From: an uncultured delta proteobacterium
GTDB taxonomy: Bacteria > Desulfobacterota > BSN033 > UBA1163
NCBI GenBank assembly: GCA_963827685.1
Contig: CAWHBU010000002.1
Location: forward strand, 832,001-896,000
Direction of reading: 5' to 3'
DNA length: 64,000 nt
Under the pieces are notes generated by a model. The model was not told the DNA's origin, searched no databases, and was given only the letters and a program-made list of their open reading frames with translations. The translations under genes were made by a program, and so were the position numbers. Below are positions 1 to 8,824 of the stretch, one piece after another (positions within the stretch are counted from its first letter, which is position 1; each line of letters starts with the position of its first letter).

Positions 1-2
1 TC

Positions 3-281
3 TCTTTGAGTGTCATTATCCCCGCTGTTCTGGTTACATCAGCCTTCTTTATTTTTGCAGCAACCATGGCCATCCGGGCGCGCCTGAGAAAACCGACGAC
101 GGGGATGGAAGGCCTTATAGAAGAAGTAGGGATTGCTTCGACACCTATTGCTCCGGAAGGAAAAGTCTCCATTCATGGAGAGTTCTGGAATGTCGTCAGT
201 GACCAAAATATCGAAAAAGGAGATAAGATTCAAGTCATCGGGGTAGTGAATCTGAAATTAAAAGTCAAAAAAATTGAATAA
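3..281 (+). CDS. nfeD: NfeD family membrane protein, C-terminal OB-fold part (5' truncated by window edge)
   Basis: TM segment, then TG.EGLI...G.V.IHGEFW OB-fold signature; directly upstream of an SPFH gene, the classic pairing. Confidence 0.9.
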   Translation, partial: SLSVIIPAVLVTSAFFIFAATMAIRARLRKPTTGMEGLIEEVGIASTPIAPEGKVSIHGEFWNVVSDQNIEKGDKIQVIGVVNLKLKVKKIE

Positions 282-293
282 GGAGGGAATCAT

Positions 294-1049
294 ATGGGCA
301 TGACAGGTCTTCCATCAGGTTTCTTTTTTCTTTTTGTCTTCATATTGATCTTAGCTGCTTCAGCCATCAAGATTCTGAGGGAATACGAACGAGGGGTTAT
401 CTTCCGTTTGGGAAGGCTGATCGGCGCCAAGGGGCCGGGTATTATCTTCATCATTCCCGGAGTTGACAAGCTTCTGAGGATTAGTCTGAGATTGGTCACG
501 TTGGACATCCCGCCCCAGGATGTTATCACCCGTGACAATATCTCCATTAAAGTGAATGCCGTCGTCTATTTTCGCGTCCTGGATCCAAATAAGGCGGTCG
601 TCGAAGTGGAGAATTATCTTTATGCCACCTCTCAATTGGCTCAAACCACACTTCGAAGCGTCGTGGGGCAGGCGGATTTGGATGAATTGCTCTCCCAGAG
701 AGACAAAATCAACTTGAAACTCCAAGATATCTTAGATAAACACACAGAACCATGGGGAATCAAGGTCTCTCTGGTGGAAACCAAACAGGTAGATCTGCCG
801 GAGAATATGCAGAGGGCCATTGCAAAACAGGCAGAAGCAGAAAGGGAGAAGAGAGCCAAAATCATCCATGCCGAGGGTGAATTCCAGGCTGCAGAAAAAT
901 TGACTCAGGCTGCCAATGTGATCAGTGTCAATCCTACGGCTCTCCAGCTAAGGTTCCTTCAGACCTTAGCGGAAATCGCCACTGAGAAGAACTCAACCAC
1001 CATCTTCCCCGTGCCGATTGATATCATCAGCCCTTTTCTGAAGAAGTAG
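294..1049 (+). CDS. SPFH/band-7 (stomatin-like, slipin) protein
   Basis: N-terminal TM; [22 protein letters not shown] and [11 protein letters not shown] stomatin motifs; SD AGGAGG upstream. Confidence 0.95.
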   Translation: MGMTGLPSGFFFLFVFILILAASAIKILREYERGVIFRLGRLIGAKGPGIIFIIPGVDKLLRISLRLVTLDIPPQDVITRDNISIKVNAVVYFRVLDPNKAVVEVENYLYATSQLAQTTLRSVVGQADLDELLSQRDKINLKLQDILDKHTEPWGIKVSLVETKQVDLPENMQRAIAKQAEAEREKRAKIIHAEGEFQAAEKLTQAANVISVNPTALQLRFLQTLAEIATEKNSTTIFPVPIDIISPFLKK

Positions 1050-1095
1050 TAAGATCACTTCCAGAAGATACTTTGATGTTTAATTGAATTCCGTC

Positions 1096-1134
1096 GACCC
1101 CTTTTCATCAATGGTTCAGAAAAGGGGTTTTTTT
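1096..1134. terminator. Intrinsic terminator between convergent genes
   Basis: GACCCCTTTTC...GAAAAGGGGTT stem followed by a T run. Confidence 0.7.
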
Positions 1135-1813
1135 ATTTCTTATACCCCACCGGCATAATCAATATGGGTTCGTGTTTGGGAGGTAGACCTGCCACTTTTG
1201 AAACCTCCGAGTCATTAAATGCACCCACGATCCCAGCCCCCAATCCGAGGGCTTCTGCCTGGAGAAATAAATTCTGACCCACATGTCCTGCTTCGATGAG
1301 CGCATACCGGACCCCTCTTTCCCCATATTTCCCGGTGATCCTTTTATATTCAGACGTAATGATATAGGTGACGGGTGCCTTAGCCATCCACATCTGTCCC
1401 AAAGAAGCGGATGCAATCTCCTTTCGCCGATCTCCTTTCGAAATCGGTGAGATGGAATGCTCTTTGGGTAAATAGTGATAAACGCCTGCCTCCATCTTTT
1501 CAACTCCATTCTCTCCGATGAGCACGTAAATATCCAAAGGGTACAATGCGCCTCCAGAAGGCGCAGCTCTCCCGCCTATTGTCGGATCCGTGATTCCCTG
1601 TGTAGCCCATAAGAGTTGCGAAAGATGAGCCAGGGAGAGAGTTCTCTGTTTAAAATCCCGAATGGTTCGCCTCTCCTTGATGGCCTTCTCCACAGAAACC
1701 CTCCCATCAAAAGAAGGCCTGGGGAGCGAGATAGAAGCATGTCCGATTCTTACCTCTAATAGACTTATTACAAAAAAGAAGGGTATAAACAGGCAAATCC
1801 ATTTCTCTAACAT
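1133..1813 (-). CDS. SagB/ThcOx-family nitroreductase-fold flavoprotein with hydrophobic N-terminus
   Basis: RRTIRDF, APSGGALYPL, EAGHVGQN and GAFND motifs. Confidence 0.9.
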   Translation of the reverse strand: MLEKWICLFIPFFFVISLLEVRIGHASISLPRPSFDGRVSVEKAIKERRTIRDFKQRTLSLAHLSQLLWATQGITDPTIGGRAAPSGGALYPLDIYVLIGENGVEKMEAGVYHYLPKEHSISPISKGDRRKEIASASLGQMWMAKAPVTYIITSEYKRITGKYGERGVRYALIEAGHVGQNLFLQAEALGLGAGIVGAFNDSEVSKVAGLPPKHEPILIMPVGYKK

Positions 1814-1828
1814 TTTTTCCTCCCTTGT

Positions 1829-2564
1829 TTAGAGGTTTTTCCCTTTCTTCAATTGGTAATCCATTTGGCTCCAAATGCCCTGCAGAATCTGGACCTCTCT
1901 TTCATCCATCTGGCTTCTTCCAAATAGCCGTCTGAGCACTTGCATGATTCTTTTTGGATGGTTGGAATCCAGAAACCCGACTTGGATGAGCGTCTTTTCC
2001 ATGTGCTCGAACATCCTCTCCAACTGTTCGGCCTGAGCCAATTGGACAGGGACTTTCGGAATCTCTTTCGAGGCTTGAAATAACTCGTAGCACACTACCA
2101 TCACTGCTTGCGCAAGATTGAGGGATGGGAAGGACTCCATGGAAGGGATCCTTCCATAAAGATGACAAAGAGACAATTCCTCACTGGTCAATCCCTCTTT
2201 TTCTGAGCCGAAGGCCAGGCCAATTGAATTCTTCTGGGAGAGGGGAATGAGTCTTTCTGCCAGGGGCTCTTGGTGTCAGATCCGGGTGTCTCTCTTTTCC
2301 TCCTCGTGAAGTCATCCCAACCACACAACCCATTTCAGAAATAGCCTCTCTCAGAGTAGGAAACTCCTCTGCCCTCTCCAAAATATCTTCAGCCCCGGAG
2401 GCCAATTTATAGGCATTGGGATGGAGGGGAGAACATCCGTTAACTACGATCAACCGACCCAGGCCCATATTCTTCATCGCCCTGGCGACCGAACCGATGT
2501 TTTCATGGAATTTGGGCCTGACTAAAATGATTGAAATGGAATCAGGAGTGATCTTCCTCTTCAT
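1829..2564 (-). pseudogene. trmJ: TrmJ/LasT-type SPOUT tRNA methyltransferase, split by a +1 frameshift
   Basis: N-half ENIGSVARAMKNMG (2181-2564) and C-half FGSEKEGL...SLNLAQAV (1829-2191 frame); removing one G from the G4 run at 2263-2266 restores one frame. Confidence 0.85.
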
Positions 2565-2655
2565 AAACCTTATTATAACGATGGAAAATTACCTTGACTA
2601 TCAATTTTTTTTATCTTAATTAAACTGCATATTAACTTTCTTTAGAAAAAGGACT

Positions 2656-3837
2656 TTGATGAAAATGAAGGTTCCTTTTTTTGATTTATCGGCTCAGTTT
2701 GAATCCATCCAAGGTGAAATTAAATCTGCCATGGACGAAGTGTTTCAGAACCAACAATTCATCCTGGGATCTAAAGTACAGGCTCTGGAGGAAACCATCG
2801 CTCAATATTGCCGGACCCGATATGCCGTCGGGGTGGCCTCTGGTTCAGATGCCCTGCTTTTAGCCTTAATGGCCTTAGGAATCGGGACGGGCGACAAAGT
2901 GATCCTCCCTCCTTTCACCTTTTTTGCTACGGCAGGAACTGTTTCACGCCTTGGCGCCATCCCTGTCTTTGTGGATATCGATCGAGAGACTTATAACATC
3001 GACCCTTCGAAAATCGAGGAGAAGATAACACCGAGAACAAAGGCCATTATCCCTGTTCATCTCTTTGGACAATGTGCGGATATGACCCCTCTTCTTAAAA
3101 TAGCCAAAGAGAAAAGACTTTTTGTCATCGAGGATGCTGCCCAGGCATTGGGAGCAGAGTATAAGTCCACGGCTGGATCAGAGGGACGTCGGGCCGGGCA
3201 GATCGGCGACCTTGGGTGTTTTTCTTTTTACCCGACAAAAAATTTGGGCGCCTTTGGAGATGCAGGAATGGTGGTAACGGACAACTCCGGGTGGGCAGAA
3301 AAGGTTCGACTGCTCAGGGTCCACGGAAGTCAACCCAAATATTTCCATAAACAGATCGGGATCAACAGCCGTCTCGATACCCTTCAGGCTGCTGTCCTCT
3401 TGGTGAAATTCAAATATCTCGAAAAATGGACCGCAGAGAGACAAAGGAAGGCTGAACGTTATCGGTTGTTGTTCCAAGATCTTCTCTCTTCTGTAAAAGG
3501 CTTTATGCTCCCAACCGTTCAATATCAGAACCGCCATATCTTTCATCAATATGTGATTCGTGTTCCGGAAAGAGATCGGCTGAAACAATTCCTATCAGAG
3601 GAGGGGATTGGCACAGACATCTATTATCCTATTCCTCTCCATTTACAGGAATGTTACTCCTTTTTAAAACATCATCGAGGAGATTTTCCAAATTCTGAGA
3701 AGGCCTCCGAAGGAGTCTTAGCTCTCCCTATTTATCCTGAGTTGACCGAAGATCAACAGATGGCCGTCGCGGATCGAATCAAAGCGTTCTATAGAAGAAT
3801 CGGGTCGAAGGGGTCTGAGGTGCCAGTGGTCAAGTGA
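2656..3837 (+). CDS. DegT/DnrJ/EryC1/StrS PLP aminotransferase (WbpE-like)
   Basis: IEDAAQA, SFYPTKNLGAFGDAG (PLP lysine) and NSRLDTLQAA. Confidence 0.93.
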   Translation: MMKMKVPFFDLSAQFESIQGEIKSAMDEVFQNQQFILGSKVQALEETIAQYCRTRYAVGVASGSDALLLALMALGIGTGDKVILPPFTFFATAGTVSRLGAIPVFVDIDRETYNIDPSKIEEKITPRTKAIIPVHLFGQCADMTPLLKIAKEKRLFVIEDAAQALGAEYKSTAGSEGRRAGQIGDLGCFSFYPTKNLGAFGDAGMVVTDNSGWAEKVRLLRVHGSQPKYFHKQIGINSRLDTLQAAVLLVKFKYLEKWTAERQRKAERYRLLFQDLLSSVKGFMLPTVQYQNRHIFHQYVIRVPERDRLKQFLSEEGIGTDIYYPIPLHLQECYSFLKHHRGDFPNSEKASEGVLALPIYPELTEDQQMAVADRIKAFYRRIGSKGSEVPVVK

Positions 3838-3885
3838 AATACCTATTACTAAGGAGTCCATAATTGATTAGACATATTCTTCCGA

Positions 3886-4068
3886 AAATCTCCCCTAACC
3901 CCTCTTTTCCAAAGAGGGGAATTCCTCCCTTTAGTAAAGGGAGGGGGGAGGGATTTGGTCTTCGACGTCCGTACTTCTATGAACAGATTAATAGGAAGAA
4001 TTACTTGAACCCTTGAACGCCTGCCTGCCGGCAGGCAGGCACCCCTCTCCCATCAAGGGAGAGGGAGA
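3886..4068. repeat. Cluster of REP-like C-rich/G-rich palindromes (family B) plus the mini-palindrome CCTGCCTGCCGGCAGGCAGG
   Basis: CCCCTCTTT..AAAGAGGGG, CCTCCCTTT..AAAGGGAGG and CCCTCTCCC..GGGAGAGGG stems. Confidence 0.75.
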
Positions 4069-4089
4069 AACAAGTGGAAAGATTTTCAT

Positions 4090-5415
4090 ATGAAAGGGAC
4101 CATGGAAGAACAACTCATCCAAAAGATCCGTCAAAAGAAGGCCCTGATCGGGGTCATCGGGATGGGATATGTTGGCCTTCCTTTGGTCCTAAGGTTTTGT
4201 GAAGAAGATTTCAGAATCTTAGGATTCGATATCGATTCTAAAAAAGTCGCGATCCTGAAGAGAGGGAAGAGTTATTTGAAATCCATTCCCTCCTCCCGGA
4301 TTTCCCAGTTCATCCGAAGTGGCCATTTAGATGTGACCGATGCCTTTTCACGTCTCGATAAACCCGATTGCATCTTGATTTGCGTCCCCACTCCCTTGAC
4401 TGAAAAAATGGAGCCCGATCTCCAATACATAGAAAATACGACCGAAGCCATCCGCCAGAATCTGAGGAAAGGTCAATTGATTGTTTTGGAAAGTACCACT
4501 TACCCGGGAACCACTGAAGAGATGGTCCTTCCCAGATTGGAATCAAGTGGTTTAAAGGTTGGGAAAGATTTCTTTCTGGCCTTTTCCCCGGAAAGGGAGG
4601 ATCCAGGAAATAAGCGATTTGCAACCCATCAAATTCCAAAGGTAGTGGCTGGAGCGACTCCATCCTGCCAGAGAGTTGTCACTGTCCTATATAGCCAGAT
4701 CATCCAGAAGGTCGTACCCGTTTCTTCCCCTCGGGTCGCGGAATTGACCAAACTCCTTGAAAATATCTATCGAAGTGTAAATATCGCCTTGGTGAATGAA
4801 CTAAAGATGTTGGCTGACCGGATGGGTATTGATATCTGGGAAGTTATCGAAGCCGCCAGTACCAAACCTTTTGGATTTTCACCTTTCTACCCGGGTCCTG
4901 GAATGGGAGGCCATTGTATTCCTATTGATCCCTATTATCTCTCCTGGAAAGCGCGAGAATATGATTTCACGACAAGATTTATTTTCTTGGCGGGGGAGAT
5001 CAATGTTCACGTTCCCTATTATGTTGTTGCCAAGATTCAAGATGCCCTCAATGGAAGGGGAAAAAGTATAAAAGGAGCAAAAATCTTGATCCTGGGAGTC
5101 GCCTATAAGAAAGATGTGGACGACGCCAGAGAATCCCCCGCACTGTCCATCATGAATCTCCTCCAGAAAAAAGGGGCGGTCATCCTCTACCACGATCCCT
5201 ATATCCCATCCCTTCCCTCCTTTCGGAAATACTCCTTTAAGTTGAATTCTTCCCCTCTGACGGAGCAACTACTTCGCAGAATCGATGCCGCTGTCGTCGT
5301 GACAGACCATAGTATTGATTATCAAAGGATTGTCAGGCTCGCCCCCCTTGTCATCGATACCCGCAATGTCACAAAAGGGATGGACCGTTGGAAAAACAAA
5401 ATCGTTAAAGCCTGA
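4090..5415 (+). CDS. wbpA: UDP-N-acetyl-D-glucosamine 6-dehydrogenase (nucleotide-sugar dehydrogenase, WbpA-like)
   Basis: GMGYVG Rossmann motif, ESTTYPGTT, SPEREDPGN, GGHCIP and D.RESP. Confidence 0.9.
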   Translation: MKGTMEEQLIQKIRQKKALIGVIGMGYVGLPLVLRFCEEDFRILGFDIDSKKVAILKRGKSYLKSIPSSRISQFIRSGHLDVTDAFSRLDKPDCILICVPTPLTEKMEPDLQYIENTTEAIRQNLRKGQLIVLESTTYPGTTEEMVLPRLESSGLKVGKDFFLAFSPEREDPGNKRFATHQIPKVVAGATPSCQRVVTVLYSQIIQKVVPVSSPRVAELTKLLENIYRSVNIALVNELKMLADRMGIDIWEVIEAASTKPFGFSPFYPGPGMGGHCIPIDPYYLSWKAREYDFTTRFIFLAGEINVHVPYYVVAKIQDALNGRGKSIKGAKILILGVAYKKDVDDARESPALSIMNLLQKKGAVILYHDPYIPSLPSFRKYSFKLNSSPLTEQLLRRIDAAVVVTDHSIDYQRIVRLAPLVIDTRNVTKGMDRWKNKIVKA

Positions 5416-5494
5416 TTCGAAGAATTCTAAATCCTAATACTGAAACCCTATCGCGAAATATCAAAAGCCAAGACCTGATCCCCAAATTCCGTTC

Positions 5495-5538
5495 CCCCCT
5501 CACCCTCCCTGTTCCCGTTGGGGAGAGGGATGGGGTGG
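5495..5538. repeat. Family B REP-like palindrome at a convergent gene junction
   Basis: CCCCCTCACCCTCCC...GGGAGAGGGGATGGGGTGG. Confidence 0.6.
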
Positions 5539-6996
5539 TTAGAAGGGGTACTTGCGCGGGGTACGCTGCATACTGATCCAACGCAGTTCTGTGAATTCCT
5601 CCAGAGCGGCCTTACCACCGAACCGACCCCAACCACTATCCTTCACGCCGCCAAAGGGCACCTGTGGCTCATCGTGAACCGTCTGATCGTTTATGTGAAC
5701 CATCCCTGATTCGATACGCTCGGCAATAGCCAGACCTTTGGCGAAATCGCGAGTGAATACAGCCGCCGAAAGCCCGTACTGAGTATTGTTTGCTACGGCC
5801 ACGGCCTCCTCTTCGTCTTTGACCTCAATCACCGAGACCACCGGGCCAAAGGTCTCTTCACACGAAAATGGTGTGTTGGGCTTTACGTTAATCAGCACTG
5901 TCGGATAGTAACAGAGCCCCTCGGATTTGCCGCCGCACAAGATCTTAGCGCCATCGCGGACGGCAGCATCGACGCTCTTCTTGACTTCCTTGAATTGGTG
6001 CTCGTTGATGAGGGGGCCAATGATCGTGTCGGGTTCTTTCGGATTGCCGACTTTGTAGGTTGAAACCTTTTTAACAAATTTTTCCGTAAATTCCTTGGAG
6101 ATGGGTTTTTCAACGATGACTCGTCGTGTGGACATACAGATTTGTCCTTGATGGAGGAACCCGCCGAATGCGGCGGCGTTCACGGCATCATCAATGTTGA
6201 CGTCGCGCAGGATGATGAGCGGATTCTGTCCGCCCAGTTCCAGGGCGACCCGCTTAAGGAACCGTCCCGCTTTTTCTGCAAGCTGGCGGCCCACCGCGGT
6301 CGAACCGGTCAAGTTGATGCGGCGCACCTTCGGGTTTTCGATGAATTCATCTCCAATCTCCCCGCTTTTTCCCGGCCCGTTTGTAACAAGATTCAAAACG
6401 CCTTTCGGAAAACCAGCTTCGTGAAAGACCTCTGCAATCACGACACCGCCTGCTGCGGCTGAATCCATCGAAGGCTTGAGAACTGCGGTGTTCCCGTAGG
6501 CAATCGGCAGACAGATAGAGCGTAGTGATAGAATCAGTGGCGCATTCCACGGTGCTATGCCTGCGACAACACCTACGGGTTGGCGGATCGCCATATAGAA
6601 TGCGCCCGGCAGGTCGGCAGGGATAATTTCACCGGTTAGCTGATGGACCTGTGCGGCAGCTTCGCGCAGCAAACCCGGGGTAAACCCCGTCTGGAACATC
6701 GCAAAGCCGAAGGTACAGCCAGTTTCCTCGGCGAGAATCGTAACAATCTCATTTTGTTTCTTCTCGAGAATATCCGCCGCCTTTAAAAACAAGGCCTGGC
6801 GCTCAGCCGGGAGCGTATGTGACCACGCGGGAAATGCCGCTGCTGCCGCGTCAACAGCGCGTTTGGCGTCAGCCCGTTTTCCGGATGGAACTCGCGCAAA
6901 AACCTCACCTGTATAAGGGTTGAGATCGTCGTAGACCTGGCTGTCCAGGGCACCTACCCACTCACCGTTAATGTACATTTTGTATTCTCTTGGCAT
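5539..6996 (-). CDS. NAD(P)-dependent aldehyde dehydrogenase (aromatic-aldehyde dehydrogenase-like)
   Basis: PWNAP, TGST, LELGG, GQICM (catalytic Cys), EETFGP and PFGGVKDSG; start at MPREY with SD GGAGG. Confidence 0.92.
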   Translation of the reverse strand: MPREYKMYINGEWVGALDSQVYDDLNPYTGEVFARVPSGKRADAKRAVDAAAAAFPAWSHTLPAERQALFLKAADILEKKQNEIVTILAEETGCTFGFAMFQTGFTPGLLREAAAQVHQLTGEIIPADLPGAFYMAIRQPVGVVAGIAPWNAPLILSLRSICLPIAYGNTAVLKPSMDSAAAGGVVIAEVFHEAGFPKGVLNLVTNGPGKSGEIGDEFIENPKVRRINLTGSTAVGRQLAEKAGRFLKRVALELGGQNPLIILRDVNIDDAVNAAAFGGFLHQGQICMSTRRVIVEKPISKEFTEKFVKKVSTYKVGNPKEPDTIIGPLINEHQFKEVKKSVDAAVRDGAKILCGGKSEGLCYYPTVLINVKPNTPFSCEETFGPVVSVIEVKDEEEAVAVANNTQYGLSAAVFTRDFAKGLAIAERIESGMVHINDQTVHDEPQVPFGGVKDSGWGRFGGKAALEEFTELRWISMQRTPRKYPF

Positions 6997-7093
6997 CTTG
7001 GTTCCTCCTATCAAAAGTTTTTGCAGGTTAATTCCATAGGCAACAAAAAAAATTGACTCTGTACCCACTTTATAGCTAAAAGTGCAAACAAGA

Positions 7094-7242
7094 GTGAAGC
7101 TCCCCGCCCATCCCGTCAGGACGGGACCGGCACGCCGGGGCTTCCCGGCATTGTAATATCATTCATATTGTGCCTCTTAACCCCGCCTACCTGCCTACCG
7201 AAGGCAGGCAAGGCGGGGCTTGCGCGGGGCACGTTCCGGTCA
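7094..7242 (+). repeat. Family A structured repeat (GTGAAGCTCCCCGCC...GTTCCGGTCA), copy 1
   Basis: Alignable with 16309-16447 (minus) and 49076-49182; two GC-rich hairpins around an AT-rich core. Confidence 0.85.
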
Positions 7243-8055
7243 AAAAGGATGGTGTCTCCAGAAATGGTAGAGATAGAGCTGGGCATACCCTGCATAAGGG
7301 CCAAAATGATTGGATGCAAATTCCTCCATCGCCTTCTCTCCAGCATTTCTCCCCTTAAAATAGACCCTTTGTAACCCCTTTTTAATCCAAGTATCCATCG
7401 GAAAGGCCTCAAGAAAATCCAGCGAATAAAGGAGTGTGCAATCGGCCACCTTTTTCCCCACGCCGGAAAGTCGCATCAATTTTTCCCTGGCCATTTTATA
7501 AGGTAAATCTTTCAGCAAGAGCAGTTGATTCCGATCCATACAGCGGCTGGCATTCACCAGATAATTTGTTCTAAACCCTGCCCTGGCCGATTTCAGTTGA
7601 AGCGGATTCCTTATAGATTGAGGTTCAGGAAATCGGTAACCGAGGTAGTTTCCCCAAATAACCTTTTCCCCTGAGGATCTGCAGACATGTTCGATGATAC
7701 AACGGATATGCGAGACAGCCTTAGCTGAAGAGCATAAGAAAGAGAGAAGACATTCCCATGCATCTTGTCGGATCAGTCTCATCCCTCGATACTCCTTGAT
7801 TGCTTGATGAATCATTGGATCCTGGTCGATCTCTTTCAAAATAGAATCGAAATCTTCATCCAGTCTGAAAAAATGGATCAAGAGAGGTTCTTCAACACCC
7901 TCGTAGAAAAGAAGATCTCCTTTCTGCCAGAGGGAAAAAATCCGATCCGAGGCTTGAACGATGTAGGTATCTAAAACCTTGGTAAAACGGAAAAATTGTC
8001 CGCATTCCAGGGTATGCTTAAGCGAAAAATGAGGAATTCGGAGTCGGGGGGTCAT
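7240..8055 (-). CDS. ogg: 8-oxoguanine DNA glycosylase (OGG1-type HhH-GPD)
   Basis: TLECGQFFRF, RLIRQDAWECL, HhH GVGKKVADC, FPMDTW and GYAQLYL. Confidence 0.9.
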   Translation of the reverse strand: MTPRLRIPHFSLKHTLECGQFFRFTKVLDTYIVQASDRIFSLWQKGDLLFYEGVEEPLLIHFFRLDEDFDSILKEIDQDPMIHQAIKEYRGMRLIRQDAWECLLSFLCSSAKAVSHIRCIIEHVCRSSGEKVIWGNYLGYRFPEPQSIRNPLQLKSARAGFRTNYLVNASRCMDRNQLLLLKDLPYKMAREKLMRLSGVGKKVADCTLLYSLDFLEAFPMDTWIKKGLQRVYFKGRNAGEKAMEEFASNHFGPYAGYAQLYLYHFWRHHPF

Positions 8056-8093
8056 TCCTTCTTACCCGATGGAGGTCGGCGGAAAAAATCGTA

Positions 8094-8216
8094 AATTCCC
8101 TCTTACCCGCACCCTCTCCCACTAGTCGCTGCGACTCGAAACCGAGGGGAGAGGGAAATTTATGTGTGGGATCACCTTAGATTTCCTCCCCCTTGAGGGG
8201 GGGGTGTGTACGGGGG
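8094..8216. repeat. Family B palindromes carrying the nested mini-module AGTCGCTGCGACTCGAAACCGAG (8124-8146)
   Basis: CCCTCTCCC-[insert]-GGGAGAGGG; the insert recurs at 63802-63824. Confidence 0.7.
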
Positions 8217-8801
8217 TTATGAGATCTGGTCTCTACCAGCAGAAAACGCTTCTCTGTTCAGTTCATGAACCTTGGGAGGGAGGTAATTCAGAATTGTTTT
8301 TAGCCAGAGATCTTCATTGACCTCAAAACATTTTGAAATAGCACCTAAGAGCACAACATTAGCTGCCCGGACATCTCCTAATTGCAGGGCAATCTCTGTT
8401 CCCTTTACCAAATAGAAATTTCTAATTTTTGATCGAATGATGTCAGGGATGGCTCTGGGATATTCCATCTCCCCTAAATTGACGGCCGGAGGTCTAATTT
8501 GGTGATCGTTCATAATAATTTTACCATTAGGCCTTAGATGGTTAAACCACCGGAGCCCTTCCAGCTGTTCAAAAGCCAAGAGGACATCCACTTCCCCTTG
8601 CTTGATCAGAGGGGAATAAACCTTTTTGCCAAAACGGAAATGGGAAGTGACGATTCCTCCCCTCATCGCCATTCCGTGAACTTCGCTCTTTTTCACATCA
8701 TAGCCTGCTTCCATAAAAACCTCAGACATCATGTCGCTCGCTATGATGACCCCCTGCCCTCCAACGCCTGCAACCAAGATATTGGTGGTCGTTTGATCCA
8801 T
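8217..8801 (-). CDS. iorB: Indolepyruvate:ferredoxin oxidoreductase beta subunit
   Basis: GVGGQG, SEVHGMAMRGG and NVVLLGA; follows iorA. Confidence 0.93.
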   Translation of the reverse strand: MDQTTTNILVAGVGGQGVIIASDMMSEVFMEAGYDVKKSEVHGMAMRGGIVTSHFRFGKKVYSPLIKQGEVDVLLAFEQLEGLRWFNHLRPNGKIIMNDHQIRPPAVNLGEMEYPRAIPDIIRSKIRNFYLVKGTEIALQLGDVRAANVVLLGAISKCFEVNEDLWLKTILNYLPPKVHELNREAFSAGRDQIS

Positions 8802-8824
8802 TTTCTCACCCTGTTCAAAAATAC

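Noticed and set aside
1740-1813. SagB-like gene as part of a RiPP (azole) cluster
   Set aside because: No YcaO, precursor peptide or transporter nearby; stand-alone SagB-like nitroreductases are common in anaerobes
6997-7068. N-terminal extension of ALDH in the ORF track
   Set aside because: An SD GGAGG precedes ATG 6996, and homology begins there
7116-7412. Small ORFs over family A repeats (also 16220-16637 and 49018-49506)
   Set aside because: Their mutual similarity (e.g. HIVPLNPAY, VKGHNMNDIT) comes from the DNA repeat, not from a protein family
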